DNA of 64,000 nucleotides from a candidate division WOR-3 bacterium (GCA_039804105.1 JBDRZU010000002.1:32001-96000), one strand, 5' to 3'; counted from the stretch's first letter, positions 27,741-38,257 are shown. The notes: generated by a model not told the origin, from the letters alone. Translations and numbers: made by a program.

Positions 27741-29681
27741 ATGATAAAGATTAATGATATAGAGTTTGAATTTAAAGAAGGGAATAGAATTTCCGATTAC
27801 TTAAAAAATTCTGAAAATCTCAAAGATAAAAATTATTTTGTATTTGAAAAAGATGGCAAAATGTATGACATCAACTCAAACATTGAGGATAATTCAAAGA
27901 TTTTCCTTCATAATTTTGAATCTGAAAAAGGAAAAGAAGTTTACTGGCATTCAACTTCACACATCCTTGCTATGGCTGTTAAAATATTCATAAAAAATTT
28001 AAAAGGTGATGAAAGGATGGTGAAGCTTGCAATTGGGCCATCAATAGAAAATGGTTTCTATTATGATTTTGAATTTATCGACTACAAATTTTCAGAAGAG
28101 AACATTCTGGAGATTGAAAAAATAATGAAGGATCTAATCGATGAGGATATACCTTTCAAAAGAGTTGAACTAAAAAAAGAAGAACTTTTAAAAATCTATA
28201 AAGAAAAAGATGAAAAATTTAAAGTTGAATTGGTTGAAAATCTCGACCAAGAAACTTTAACTTACTACGAAAACTATTCAAAAAAATATGATTACAAATT
28301 CTTCGATCTCTGTCGAGGGCCACATCTTCCCTCTTCAGGTCATATAAAATTTTTCAAACTGATATCAACTGCAGGTGCTTACTGGAGAGGAGATGAGAAC
28401 AAAGAGATGTTAACAAGAATCTATGGTATCTCTTTTCCCGAAAAAAAATTGCTTGACGAATTCATCACCAAAATCGAAGAAGCAAAGAAAAGGGATCACA
28501 GAGTTTTAGGGAAAAAATTAGGTATATTTTCAATCTTTGAAGAAACAGGACCTGGACTTGTTTTCTGGAATACAAAAGGTGGAATGATAAGGGATATAAT
28601 TGAAAGGTTCTGGAAGGATGAACATCTGAAAAGAGGATATCAACTTGTAATAACTCCACATATTTCAAAATCTGACTTATGGAAAAGGTCTGGGCATTAC
28701 GATTTCTATAAAGAAAATATGTACATTTTTAAAATCGATAACGATGAGTATGTTTTAAAACCGATGAATTGCCCGGGACACATTTTGATCTATAAAACAA
28801 AAATACATTCTTACAAAGATTTACCTATAAAATTTGCAGAACTTGGAACAGTTTACAGATATGAAAGAAGTGGAACTCTACATGGACTTTTGAGAGTCAG
28901 AGGTTTCACACAGGATGATGGTCATATTTTCTGTACACCTGATCAGCTGAAAGATGAAGTTGAAAAAGTTTACGATTTCGCAATCTTTATGATAAAAAAA
29001 TTCGGATATGAAAAATTTTATGTTGAACTTTCAACGATGGATCGAGAGCATCCTGAAAGTTATGCTGGAACTATCGAAGAATGGGATTTTGCTCAGCAGA
29101 GTTTAAAAGAAGTTCTTATGAAAAAACAGGTTGACTTTAAAGAGATGCCAGGAGAAGCAGTTTTTTATGGTCCGAAAATAGATATAAAACTTGAAGACGC
29201 TATTGGAAGAAAATGGCAGGGACCAACAATCCAATTTGATTTCAATCTTCCAAGAAGATTTGATGTGACTTATATCGGCGATGATAACAAAGAACATTAT
29301 GTCTATATGATCCATAGAGCACTTCTTGGTTCACTTGAAAGATTCATAGGTGGTCTTATAGAAAATTATGCTGGTAAATTTCCTTTATGGCTTTCCCCTG
29401 TTCAGGTATCCGTGTTAACTGTTGGAGAAAATTCTGTTGACTATGCAAAAAATTTATGTAAAATATTAGAAGAAAGAAGTATAAGATTTAGTTTTGATTT
29501 TTCTGATGAAAAGATCAACAGTAAAATCAAAAGAGCAGAGGAAGAGAATGTTCCTTTCATGTTGGTAATCGGTAAAAAGGAAATGGAAGAGAACAAACTG
29601 AGTGTTAGAATGAAAGGACATGGTGATCTTGGAAAGAAGAGTTTCGAAGAATTTTTAAAACTCTTCTATGAAAATCTTTAA
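27741..29681 (+). CDS. thrS: Threonine--tRNA ligase
   Basis: WHSTSH, DLCRGPH, GAYWRG, RDHR, KPMNCPGH, RYERSG, FYGPKID, QFDFNLP, MIHRA. The ORF-track start 27687 lies inside tRNA-Val, so ATG 27741 is used. Confidence 0.97.
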   Translation: MIKINDIEFEFKEGNRISDYLKNSENLKDKNYFVFEKDGKMYDINSNIEDNSKIFLHNFESEKGKEVYWHSTSHILAMAVKIFIKNLKGDERMVKLAIGPSIENGFYYDFEFIDYKFSEENILEIEKIMKDLIDEDIPFKRVELKKEELLKIYKEKDEKFKVELVENLDQETLTYYENYSKKYDYKFFDLCRGPHLPSSGHIKFFKLISTAGAYWRGDENKEMLTRIYGISFPEKKLLDEFITKIEEAKKRDHRVLGKKLGIFSIFEETGPGLVFWNTKGGMIRDIIERFWKDEHLKRGYQLVITPHISKSDLWKRSGHYDFYKENMYIFKIDNDEYVLKPMNCPGHILIYKTKIHSYKDLPIKFAELGTVYRYERSGTLHGLLRVRGFTQDDGHIFCTPDQLKDEVEKVYDFAIFMIKKFGYEKFYVELSTMDREHPESYAGTIEEWDFAQQSLKEVLMKKQVDFKEMPGEAVFYGPKIDIKLEDAIGRKWQGPTIQFDFNLPRRFDVTYIGDDNKEHYVYMIHRALLGSLERFIGGLIENYAGKFPLWLSPVQVSVLTVGENSVDYAKNLCKILEERSIRFSFDFSDEKINSKIKRAEEENVPFMLVIGKKEMEENKLSVRMKGHGDLGKKSFEEFLKLFYENL

Positions 29682-29682
29682 A

Positions 29683-29780
29683 AAGAAGAAGCAAAACACC
29701 GCTTCTCGCCTTAAGCATAAGTGAAAAGGCTAAATAAAAAAATTTAAGAAGGGTGGTTTTGCCATCCTTTTATTTTTTTT
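29683..29780 (+). promoter_or_regulatory. Ribosomal protein L20 leader (transcription attenuator before infC-rpmI-rplT)
   Basis: AGAAGC..CACC-GCTTCT-C-GCCTT..AAGGC double hairpin like the Firmicute-type L20 leader; terminator AAGGGTGGT-TTT-GCCATCCTT plus T tract; alternative pairing of GCAAAACACCGCTTCT with AGAAGGGTGGTTTTGC forms an antiterminator. Confidence 0.8.
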
Positions 29781-29792
29781 AAGGAGGTTTTT

Positions 29793-30383
29793 ATCAACAC
29801 AAAAAATGTAAGGATCAACAATCAAATAAGAGCAAGAGAGGTTAGACTCATAGGTGAAAATGGTGAATCTTTTGGAATAGTGTCTATTGAAGAGGCACTT
29901 AGAAAGGCTGAAGAGGCAGAACTCGATCTTGTTGAAATAGCACCAAATGCGAATCCACCTGTTGTAAGAATAATGGATTTTGGAAAGTATATGTATGAGA
30001 TGACCAAAAAAGAGAAGACAGCAAAAAAGAAACAACATCAAACTGAGATAAAAGAGATACATTTCAGACCATCGATTTTTGAACACGATCTCGATATAAA
30101 GATCAACCAGGCAAGAAAATTCTTTGAAAAGAAAAACAAAGTCAGGTTCGTTGTAATGTTCAGAGGAAGAGAGATGCAACATTTTAACGATGGACTGAAA
30201 ATATTGGAAAAAGTAAAAGAGAAAATTTCTGATATAGCGGTTGAAGATTCAGAACCAAAGATTGAAGGTAGAAGGATTTTCCAGATCTTCTCTTTCAGCA
30301 AGGATGGTTCTAAGAAAAAGAAAAAAGAGGAGGAACAAAATGCCAAAGTTGAAAACGAAAAAAACCGTAGCGAAGAGATTTAA
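29793..30383 (+). CDS. infC: Translation initiation factor IF-3 (non-canonical ATC start)
   Basis: SD AAGGAGG (29781-29787), then in-frame [26 protein letters not shown]...[29 protein letters not shown]. Confidence 0.95.
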   Translation: MNTKNVRINNQIRAREVRLIGENGESFGIVSIEEALRKAEEAELDLVEIAPNANPPVVRIMDFGKYMYEMTKKEKTAKKKQHQTEIKEIHFRPSIFEHDLDIKINQARKFFEKKNKVRFVVMFRGREMQHFNDGLKILEKVKEKISDIAVEDSEPKIEGRRIFQIFSFSKDGSKKKKKEEEQNAKVENEKNRSEEI

Positions 30384-30534
30384 ACTCACAAAAAGTGGAA
30401 AAGTAAAAAGACAGAGAGCTTATAAATCACATATTTTAACAAAAAAATCCTCGAAAAGAAAAAGAAAATTGAGAAGAGGAGCAATAACAGATAAAACCAA
30501 TGTCAAAGCAATAAAAATGGTGTTGCATAATTAA
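30340..30534 (+). CDS. rpmI: 50S ribosomal protein L35
   Basis: [21 protein letters not shown]...[24 protein letters not shown]. Confidence 0.96.
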   Translation: MPKLKTKKTVAKRFKLTKSGKVKRQRAYKSHILTKKSSKRKRKLRRGAITDKTNVKAIKMVLHN

Positions 30535-30548
30535 TACAGGAGGACCAA

Positions 30549-30899
30549 ATGACAAGAGTAAAGAATTCACCGGTGACAAGAGCAAGAAGAAAAAAATGGA
30601 TTAAAAGAGCTTCAGGTTCTTTTGGAAAAAAATCGAATGCATATAAATCTGCAAGATCCGCTGCAACAAAAGCACTCGTTTATGCATACAGAGACAGAAA
30701 AAAGAAAAAATCAGAGATGAGATCTTTATGGATAACAAGGATCAACATAGCATGTAGAGAAAATGACATTTCCTACTCTAAATTTATTAACGGGTTAAAA
30801 AAATCAAATGTTCTTCTTGACAGAAAACAATTATCAGAGATAGCAATACATCAACCAGATGTGTTTAAAGAACTTGTTAAAATCGCTAAATCTGTTTAA
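30549..30899 (+). CDS. rplT: 50S ribosomal protein L20
   Basis: MTRVK, YAYRDRKKKK, RSLWITRIN, YSKFINGL, LDRKQL. Confidence 0.97.
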   Translation: MTRVKNSPVTRARRKKWIKRASGSFGKKSNAYKSARSAATKALVYAYRDRKKKKSEMRSLWITRINIACRENDISYSKFINGLKKSNVLLDRKQLSEIAIHQPDVFKELVKIAKSV

Positions 30900-31533
30900 T
30901 TTTGTTTTGATCCTTCTTATCCTAACTGGTTGTATAGAACAGAAAAGGAAGGTGAAAACATTCAATCCCATGCCTTTAACTTCAGGGCAGTTTGTTGAGT
31001 ATGTAAAGGATTCGATTCCATACGATACTTTGCATATAAGGTTTCTTATACTTGGACTTGATCCAAAAGGTTTTTTTCTTGAAACCGATTATGTAACTCC
31101 AAAAGAAACTTTAAAGATAAAAACATTTCATAACATAGATGACAACTATCTTATAGACACTTTCACCGTTCAATATAACAGTGAAACACCTTTAAAATTC
31201 ATAAATCCGGGGGGCAATTTTATATTTGACTCCCCGATCTCAAACATAATGTTATGGAAAAATTATGTTGACTCAACAAATTGGAGAAGTTATAGTTTGA
31301 AGAATAAAAACTATATAGTTTTTCCCGTAAAAGTTAACTCCGATTCTGTATACTATTGTGCCGATATACCTGTTTTCAATTTTTTGAGAATGAGAATAAA
31401 GAATCAGATCTTAACAGTTGAACGATATGGAAACAAAGGAGAAGGTTCATATTTTACAGGCGTAAAGGAAAAAGTTTTCTATGGGGGAGATGTTGAATTA
31501 CCAGAAAATTTAAAAAAAGAATTTAAACCTTGA
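30859..31533 (+). CDS. Hypothetical lipoprotein
   Basis: Hydrophobic N-terminus ending in lipobox LTGC; start uncertain (GTG 30859 or TTG 30874). Confidence 0.65.
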   Translation: MCLKNLLKSLNLFNFVLILLILTGCIEQKRKVKTFNPMPLTSGQFVEYVKDSIPYDTLHIRFLILGLDPKGFFLETDYVTPKETLKIKTFHNIDDNYLIDTFTVQYNSETPLKFINPGGNFIFDSPISNIMLWKNYVDSTNWRSYSLKNKNYIVFPVKVNSDSVYYCADIPVFNFLRMRIKNQILTVERYGNKGEGSYFTGVKEKVFYGGDVELPENLKKEFKP

Positions 31534-31557
31534 CAATGGTTTAAAATGCTCTAATAT
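31530..31557 (+). promoter_or_regulatory. sigma70 promoter for zapB-like/zapA/6S/rny
   Basis: TTGACA (31530-31535), 16 nt, TAATAT (31552-31557); SD GGGAGG follows. Confidence 0.55.
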
Positions 31558-31573
31558 TATTATTGGAGGAAGA

Positions 31574-31756
31574 ATGGATAATTTTCTGGAAAAACTGGAT
31601 AAACTGAGTAAATATATAGAAGATTTAACTTCTAAGTTGAAAGTGCTTGAAGAAGAGAATAATAGGTTGAAGAGTAAACTTGAAAAGATCGAAAAAAGGG
31701 ATGAAGAAGCACTTGCAAAATTAGAAGAGGTTTTAAAAAAGATTGATGATCTTTGA
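31574..31756 (+). CDS. Short coiled-coil protein, ZapB-like
   Basis: 60-aa heptad coiled coil (LEEENNRLK) directly before zapA, with strong SD. Confidence 0.7.
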   Translation: MDNFLEKLDKLSKYIEDLTSKLKVLEEENNRLKSKLEKIEKRDEEALAKLEEVLKKIDDL

Positions 31757-31776
31757 TTTTTCAGGGATAATAAACT

Positions 31777-32046
31777 ATGTCTAAAAATGAAACAAGAGAA
31801 TTAACTTTACATATTTTCGGTAAGGACTTTTTTATAATGACCGATGCTGATGAAGAGTATACAAAAAAGGTTGCTGAATATCTTACCGATGAGATGAATA
31901 GTATTGCAAAAAATTTTTCTGGTGAAAAATATGAAAAGATCGTTGTTATAGCTTCTTTGAACATTATTGATAAATACTTCACACTGCAAAAACAGTACAA
32001 AGAGATGGAAGAAAAGTTGAACGATCTTCTTGAAAAAATAAAATAG
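31777..32046 (+). CDS. zapA: Cell division protein ZapA
   Basis: LHIFGKDF..DEEYTKKVAEYL..IASLNI pattern and C-terminal coil; conserved zapA-6S-rny context. Confidence 0.88.
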   Translation: MSKNETRELTLHIFGKDFFIMTDADEEYTKKVAEYLTDEMNSIAKNFSGEKYEKIVVIASLNIIDKYFTLQKQYKEMEEKLNDLLEKIK

Positions 32047-32053
32047 TTTATAT

Positions 32054-32226
32054 ATCCCTGCTTTACTTGTGATCGTATATTTTGCTGAACCAACACAATG
32101 AGTTAGGGAACCGGAAACGACACTATTAGCAAAATTCCTTTTTATGGAATTGTCGTGAAAGTGTCTTAAGGTACCCACCTTTTATTAAGGGCTCAGGCAA
32201 ATAATACACACGGTACAAGCGGGGAT
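32054..32226 (+). ncRNA. ssrS: 6S RNA
   Basis: About 173 nt between zapA and rny; ends pair (ATCCCTGCTT/AAGCGGGGAT); CTGAACC/GGGCTCAG and GGGAACC/GGTACCC stems flank a central bubble. Confidence 0.88.
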
Positions 32227-32246
32227 TTTTATTAAGGAGTTTAATT

Positions 32247-33827
32247 ATGAATATGAATTTACTTTTTACAATAATTGGGACATTACTTATCATAATCCTT
32301 GGATTTGCAGGGTATGTTCTCGGTTATTACCTTGGGAAAAAGGCAATTGAAAACAGATTGAAAAGTGCTGAGGAAAAAGCGGTAAAAATAGTTGAAGAAG
32401 CAAAAAGGGAGGCAGAAGCACAAAAAAGGTTATCACTTATAGAAGCAAAAGAAGAGATAGCGAAGAAAAATGAACAGTTCGAAAAAATCGTAAGGGACAA
32501 AAAAAATGAGATCAGAAGAGCCGAGCAATCGTTGGAGGATAGAGAAAAAAATCTTGAAAAAAAGAATGAAATGTTGACTAAAAAGGAAACAAATCTTCTG
32601 CAAAGGGAAAGAGAGTTACTTCTTAAAGAAAAAACGATAAAGGCAAAAAATGATCGATTAACAAAACTCATCGAAGAGGAAAATCTCAAACTCGAACAGA
32701 TCGCACAGATGTCAAAAGATGAAGCTATAAAGATCCTGATGCAAAACCTTGAAACAGAAGCAAAACTTCAGGCAGCCAACATGATAAAACAGATTAAAGA
32801 GGATGCATTACAGAAAGCACACAAGGAAGCAAAAGAGATCATAACACTTGCTATTCAAAGATCAGCAACAGACCATGTTGTTGAATCAACGGTCAGTGTT
32901 GTTTCTCTTCCAAATGAAGAGATGAAAGGAAGGATAATCGGAAGAGAAGGAAGAAACATTAGAACTTTTGAAAATGCAACAGGAGTTGAAGTGATAATAG
33001 ACGATACTCCAGATGCTGTTACGATTTCAGGGTTTGACCCTGTCAGAAGAGAAATAGCAAGGTTGTCTTTGATCAAATTGATTTCAGATGGAAGGATACA
33101 TCCAACAAGAATAGAAGAGATAGTCAAAAAAACAACTGAAGAGATGGAAGAGAATATAAGAAACATTGGAGAGGAAACGTTGGCTGAACTTAACATTTCA
33201 AACATACATCCTGAAATGATTAAACTTATCGGAAGGTTGAAATACAGAACAAGTTATGGGCAGAACATATTACAACATTCTAAAGAGGTTGCATACCTTG
33301 CACAGATGATGGCTGATGAACTTGAAATTGAAAACAGTTTTCTTGCTAAAAGAGCTGGCCTTTTACACGATATAGGAAAATCGGTTGATCAAAATTTTGA
33401 AGGAACACACACAAAAATCGGTGTTGAACTCGCAAAAAAATATGGTGAGGATCCAATAGTTATAAACGCTATAGAGAGTCACCATGGGGATGTTGAACCA
33501 ACAAGTTTGATATCAATACTTGTTGCTGCTGCTGATGCGATCTCAGGTGCAAGACCGGGAGCAAGAAGGGAAACTCTTGAAGCGTACATCGAAAGACTTG
33601 AAAAACTTGAAGAGATAGCAAACGGATTCAACGGTGTTGAAAAAGCGTACGCTATACAGGCAGGAAGAGAGGTCAGAGTTATTGTTATACCTGAACAGAT
33701 CTCTGATGCAGAATCTGAAGAACTTTCATTTCGGATAGCAAGAAAGATTGAACAGGAATTGAAATATCCGGGACAAATAAAAGTTACAGTTATAAGAGAA
33801 ACACGATCAATAGATTATGCAAAATAG
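32247..33827 (+). CDS. rny: Ribonuclease Y
   Basis: N-terminal TM and coiled coil, KH domain ([13 protein letters not shown]), HD domain (LLHDIGK), [17 protein letters not shown]. Confidence 0.98.
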   Translation: MNMNLLFTIIGTLLIIILGFAGYVLGYYLGKKAIENRLKSAEEKAVKIVEEAKREAEAQKRLSLIEAKEEIAKKNEQFEKIVRDKKNEIRRAEQSLEDREKNLEKKNEMLTKKETNLLQRERELLLKEKTIKAKNDRLTKLIEEENLKLEQIAQMSKDEAIKILMQNLETEAKLQAANMIKQIKEDALQKAHKEAKEIITLAIQRSATDHVVESTVSVVSLPNEEMKGRIIGREGRNIRTFENATGVEVIIDDTPDAVTISGFDPVRREIARLSLIKLISDGRIHPTRIEEIVKKTTEEMEENIRNIGEETLAELNISNIHPEMIKLIGRLKYRTSYGQNILQHSKEVAYLAQMMADELEIENSFLAKRAGLLHDIGKSVDQNFEGTHTKIGVELAKKYGEDPIVINAIESHHGDVEPTSLISILVAAADAISGARPGARRETLEAYIERLEKLEEIANGFNGVEKAYAIQAGREVRVIVIPEQISDAESEELSFRIARKIEQELKYPGQIKVTVIRETRSIDYAK

Positions 33828-34602
33828 TTTAAAAATAATTTTTATCGGTGACATTATAGGCAGATCAGGTAGAAACGCTTTACAAAAAGGGATTCAGGAT
33901 TTAAGAGATTTTTATTCACCAGATTTCATAATTGCAAACGGAGAAAACCTCGCCGGTGGTTTTGGAATCACTAAAAAAACAACAGATTTTATTTTCTCAC
34001 TCGGTATAAACTGTATCACGAGTGGAAACCATATATGGGACAACAAAGAGTATGTTGAACTTTTAAACGATGAAAGGATTTTAAGACCATTGAACTACCA
34101 TAAGGATCTTCCAGGAAAAGGAGCTAAAGTTTTTATCGTTAACGATATAGAGTTAGAGGTCATAAATCTTTGTGGTCGTGTGTTTATGCAACCACTCGAC
34201 TGTCCTTTCAAAACTATAGATGAATATTTGAAAGACAAAAAACGGATGGTAAGAATAGTTGATTTCCATGCAGAAGCAACAGCAGAAAAACAATCGTTCG
34301 GCTTCTATCTTGATGGAAAAGTATCGGCCGTGATCGGCACACACACACACTGTCAAACAGCTGATGAAAGGATCCTTGAAAATGGAACAGGTTTTATCAC
34401 AGATGTTGGGATGACTGGTAGTTTCGATTCTGTTATAGGATTTGAAAAGGAAGGTGCTTTAAAAAGAACAATATACCAGATACCTCAGAGATTCGAGGTT
34501 GCCAAAAAAAATCTTGTGATTAACGCCTTATTCCTTGAGATTGGAGTTTCAGATTTTAAAACTTTAAAAATTGAGAGGATTTTTAAATATGTATCAGATT
34601 GA
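33817..34602 (+). CDS. ymdB: YmdB/TIGR00282 metallophosphoesterase
   Basis: [47 protein letters not shown]. Confidence 0.95.
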   Translation: MQNSLKIIFIGDIIGRSGRNALQKGIQDLRDFYSPDFIIANGENLAGGFGITKKTTDFIFSLGINCITSGNHIWDNKEYVELLNDERILRPLNYHKDLPGKGAKVFIVNDIELEVINLCGRVFMQPLDCPFKTIDEYLKDKKRMVRIVDFHAEATAEKQSFGFYLDGKVSAVIGTHTHCQTADERILENGTGFITDVGMTGSFDSVIGFEKEGALKRTIYQIPQRFEVAKKNLVINALFLEIGVSDFKTLKIERIFKYVSD

Positions 34603-35422
34603 TGGGAAAAAAATATCATATAAAATGATGGAGGACTCAAGAGAAAAATTTGAGAAATTCAAACCAAAACTCGCTGTTGTTTTTATCGGAAACTCCCCTT
34701 CAACAATTTCTTACATAAAATCAAAATCTAAGATTGCACAGAACTATTCAATAGACATAGAACTCTTGAACTACGATGAGAATATAACAGAGGAAAATTT
34801 TTTGAACGAACTCGACCGTATTTCAAACAGAAAAGATATAGACGGTGTAATAGTTGAAAAACCTTTACCTGAACATATAGATTTAAAAAAAGTTTCTCAG
34901 GTAGTAGATTTTAAAAAGGATGTTGATTGTATCAACCTTATAAACTATGGTAAACTGATCACAGATGACTTTATCATAGCCCCTTCAACTCCAATGGCTG
35001 TTTTAAATATCTTAAAGTATGAAAACATAGATTTCGTTGGGAAAAATGTTTCCATAATAGGTAGATCAGAAATAGTTGGAAAACCTCTTTCACTTCTTTT
35101 CTTATCAAAAAAGTTTGGAGGAGCAACTGTAACAGTTTTGCATTCAAAATCAAAAGATGTAAAAGAACATACAAAAAGATCTGACATCATAGTTACCGCT
35201 TTAGGAAAACCATATTTTTTAACAAAAGATTACATTCAAAATGATCAGGTGATACTCATAGATGTTGGAATAAACTATTTTCAAGGTAAAATCGTTGGTG
35301 ACATATCACCTGAAACCTATTCTTTAGCAAAAGCTTACACCCCTGTCCCGGGTGGAGTTGGACCTGTAACCGTTTCTACACTTTTTAACAATCTTTTGAT
35401 TTTGAAAGAGTATTATGGATGA
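34589..35422 (+). CDS. folD: Methylenetetrahydrofolate dehydrogenase/cyclohydrolase
   Basis: IDGKKI, KDVD, PSTP, GRSEIVGKP, IDVGIN, TPVPGGVGPVT; ATG 34589 after GAGAGGA. Confidence 0.94.
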   Translation: MYQIDGKKISYKMMEDSREKFEKFKPKLAVVFIGNSPSTISYIKSKSKIAQNYSIDIELLNYDENITEENFLNELDRISNRKDIDGVIVEKPLPEHIDLKKVSQVVDFKKDVDCINLINYGKLITDDFIIAPSTPMAVLNILKYENIDFVGKNVSIIGRSEIVGKPLSLLFLSKKFGGATVTVLHSKSKDVKEHTKRSDIIVTALGKPYFLTKDYIQNDQVILIDVGINYFQGKIVGDISPETYSLAKAYTPVPGGVGPVTVSTLFNNLLILKEYYG

Positions 35423-36749
35423 AAAAGTTTTTACCGTAACCGAGATAACAAACATACTTAAAGAAACGATTTCAAAAAAATTCCCTTCCTTTTTTAATAT
35501 TACAGGTGAAATTACAAACTGGAATCCAAGTAGTTCCGGACACATCTACTTTTCATTAAAAGATGAATTCTCTTTGATAAGAAGTGTTATATGGAGATCA
35601 ACGAATATAAAAAAAGATTTCAAAGATGGTGATAAAGTTATAGCAACAGGATATTTAACAATATATGAAAAACAGGGAACATATCAGGTTATAGTTGTTG
35701 ACATGAAGATTTCCGGTATTGGAGAACTTTACGAAAGATTTTTGAAACTCAAAGAAAAACTGGAAAAAGAAGGTCTTTTTGATAAAGAAAAAAAGAAAAA
35801 ATTACCTGAATATCCTTTATCTATAGGTATAATAACATCTGAAACAGGTTCAGTTATACACGATATTTTAAACATTTTAAATAGAAGAGCCCCATATTTA
35901 AAAAAATATCTCTACCCTGCACTCGTCCAAGGTGAAGGAAGTGAAAAAACTATTATAAAAGGTCTACAATATTTCAACAGAGAAAAAAATGTTGATCTGA
36001 TAATTATCGCCAGAGGCGGTGGATCGTTTGAAGACCTTTTTGTATTCAACGATGAAACTCTTGCACGAGAAATAGCAAAGTCAACAATCCCTGTTGTTTC
36101 AGCGGTTGGTCATGAAACTGACTTTACAATCTGTGATTTTGTTTCAGATTTGAGAGCACCAACACCATCCGCTGCTGCGGAGATAATAGTTAAACATATC
36201 GATGATATAACGGCGTTTCTATCAAGATCAAAAAATGATCTAAAAAAGGGATTAACCGATCGGTTGAATAAAGCAAAAAAAGATTTTTTGAACCTTAAAC
36301 AAAACTTTTTCATATCAGCACAGGTACCCCTGAACAAGAAAAAGGAAAGAATCGGTTTTTTACTTGAGGAGTTAGAAAATAGTTTGGAAGAAAAAATTAA
36401 AAGGATCAAAAACAGAAAAGATTTTTTTAAAAATGAAATTTTCAAAAACTCCCCTGTTGTAAAAATTCTTGAAAAAGAAAAATTTGTTGATATGATTAAA
36501 AATGAACTCGTTAACAGTTTGAGAATAAAATTTGAAAAAGTAAAACAAAAAACAGAGATTTTGAAAACAAACCTGATAAATTTGAATCCAAAGGAGATTT
36601 TAAAAAGAGGATATACTATTACTCTGAACGAAAATGGAGAACTTGTAAAATCAATAAAAAATCTAAATATCAATTCAAAAATCAATATAATCTTTATAGA
36701 TGGAAATGTTAATGCAGATGTTAAAAAAATTGAAGAGGAGAAATTATGA
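35415..36749 (+). CDS. xseA: Exodeoxyribonuclease VII large subunit
   Basis: SGHIYFSLKD, VQGEG, IIARGGGSFEDL, SAVGHETD, RAPTPSAAAE, LKRGY. Confidence 0.97.
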   Translation: MDEKVFTVTEITNILKETISKKFPSFFNITGEITNWNPSSSGHIYFSLKDEFSLIRSVIWRSTNIKKDFKDGDKVIATGYLTIYEKQGTYQVIVVDMKISGIGELYERFLKLKEKLEKEGLFDKEKKKKLPEYPLSIGIITSETGSVIHDILNILNRRAPYLKKYLYPALVQGEGSEKTIIKGLQYFNREKNVDLIIIARGGGSFEDLFVFNDETLAREIAKSTIPVVSAVGHETDFTICDFVSDLRAPTPSAAAEIIVKHIDDITAFLSRSKNDLKKGLTDRLNKAKKDFLNLKQNFFISAQVPLNKKKERIGFLLEELENSLEEKIKRIKNRKDFFKNEIFKNSPVVKILEKEKFVDMIKNELVNSLRIKFEKVKQKTEILKTNLINLNPKEILKRGYTITLNENGELVKSIKNLNINSKINIIFIDGNVNADVKKIEEEKL

Positions 36750-36943
36750 AAGATGAAAAACTTGAGGATAAGATAAAAGAGATCGAAGAGATAGTGAAAA
36801 ATCTCAAAGATGAAAACATAGACATCAAAAAATCTATAGAGATGTATGAGAAAGGGATAAAACTAATCAAAGAGGTTGAAGAACAGATAAAAGTTTTTGA
36901 AGAAAAAATAAAAAAAATTGTTGAAGAGAGTAAAGATGAATAG
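36746..36943 (+). CDS. xseB: Exodeoxyribonuclease VII small subunit
   Basis: 65 aa, IEEIVKNL...SIEMYEKGIKL; located between xseA and ispA. Confidence 0.9.
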   Translation: MKDEKLEDKIKEIEEIVKNLKDENIDIKKSIEMYEKGIKLIKEVEEQIKVFEEKIKKIVEESKDE

Positions 36944-37823
36944 TTTTGAAAAATATGTTCAAGAGAAAAAGAAACTCATCGATGAAAATTTGAAAAAATA
37001 TTTTCTTATAAAAGGGAAATATTCAGAAAAACTTTATGAGGCAATGTATTACTCCATAGAAGCAGGTGGAAAAAGGTTAAGGCCACTTATTTTTTTGAGT
37101 GTTGCTGAAGAACTTGCAGAAAAGCGAAAAATAAAAAACCTTTTACCAGCCGCGTTATCTATCGAGATGATACACACCTACTCTTTGATACACGATGACC
37201 TTCCAGCAATGGATAACGATGATTTGAGACGTGGTAAACCGACTCTGCACAAAAAATATGATGAAACCGTTGCAATACTTGCTGGTGATGCACTTTTTGC
37301 TTACGCTATTGAGGTTTTTCTAAAAACAAAAGTTGAAGAAAAAAATCTTGTTGAAGGTTTAAAACATCTGATAAAGGCAGCTGGAATGGATGGAATGGTT
37401 GTTGGACAGTTTGTCGATACAAAGAATGAATTTTACAAACAGGATGAAAAAACTTTAAAATTTATCCATACAAAAAAAACAGCAGAACTTATAAAAGTAT
37501 CCTTCTCTTTACCCCCAATACTTCTTGGATGCAATAAAAAAATTGTCTCCGACTTTGAAAAATTAGGGATTCACGCAGGACTCCTCTTTCAAATAGTTGA
37601 TGATATACTTGATAGTACAACTCCATCGGAAATTCTTGGTAAAACAGCAGGAAAGGATGAAAAACAAAACAAATTAACTTATGTCAGTTTATACGGTATT
37701 GAAAAAGCAAAAGAATACGCTGCAAAAGAAGCAAATAGAGCTTTAAAAATCGCAAAAAAACTTGATTTTGAAAAAGGGAAAATAGAAAAAATTATAGAAT
37801 TCTTTTTAACAAGGATCAACTGA
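36936..37823 (+). CDS. ispA: Farnesyl/geranylgeranyl diphosphate synthase
   Basis: GGKRLRP, YSLIHDDLPAMDNDDLRRGKPT, AILAGDAL, FQIVDDILD, GKTAGKD. Confidence 0.95.
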   Translation: MNSFEKYVQEKKKLIDENLKKYFLIKGKYSEKLYEAMYYSIEAGGKRLRPLIFLSVAEELAEKRKIKNLLPAALSIEMIHTYSLIHDDLPAMDNDDLRRGKPTLHKKYDETVAILAGDALFAYAIEVFLKTKVEEKNLVEGLKHLIKAAGMDGMVVGQFVDTKNEFYKQDEKTLKFIHTKKTAELIKVSFSLPPILLGCNKKIVSDFEKLGIHAGLLFQIVDDILDSTTPSEILGKTAGKDEKQNKLTYVSLYGIEKAKEYAAKEANRALKIAKKLDFEKGKIEKIIEFFLTRIN

Positions 37824-38248
37824 TGTTAACTTTAAAAATTCTTTTGATCACTCTTTTAAGTGGAATCACAGCACAGGGAATTAAGGTTATAAGTTATTTT
37901 ATTGAGAACAAAAAAATAAATTTCAAAAGATTTTTTGAAACAGGTGGAATGCCAAGTTCACACTCCTCAACATCTTCGACTTTAACTACACTTATTGGAT
38001 TTTACGGTGGATTCAATTCACTCTATTTTTCGATAGCAGCATTTTTCTCTTTTGTAATAATGTACGATGCTGCAGGGCTCAGAAGAGCAGCAGGTAAACA
38101 GGCAATGGTTTTGAACAAGATAGTTGAAGATTTCAAAATAGAACATAAATTCAAAGAAAAAAGGTTGATGGAACTTTTAGGACATACTCCACTTGAAGTA
38201 TTTTATGGTGCTCTTCTAGGTATACTTATTGCTGTAATATTCAAATAA
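37823..38248 (+). CDS. Divergent PAP2 family (DUF212) membrane protein
   Basis: AQGIK, GGMPSSHS, VIMYDAAGLRRAAGKQA, ELLGHTP. Confidence 0.93.
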   Translation: MLTLKILLITLLSGITAQGIKVISYFIENKKINFKRFFETGGMPSSHSSTSSTLTTLIGFYGGFNSLYFSIAAFFSFVIMYDAAGLRRAAGKQAMVLNKIVEDFKIEHKFKEKRLMELLGHTPLEVFYGALLGILIAVIFK

Positions 38249-38257
38249 GAAGGAAAA

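Noticed and set aside
30241..30339. ORF-track extension making L35 97 aa long
   Set aside because: The true start MPKLKT at 30340 has a strong SD; the extension is an alternative frame of infC.
31761..32178. Minus-strand ORFs of 111 and 123 aa
   Set aside because: They are antisense to zapA and 6S RNA, with no recognisable motifs.
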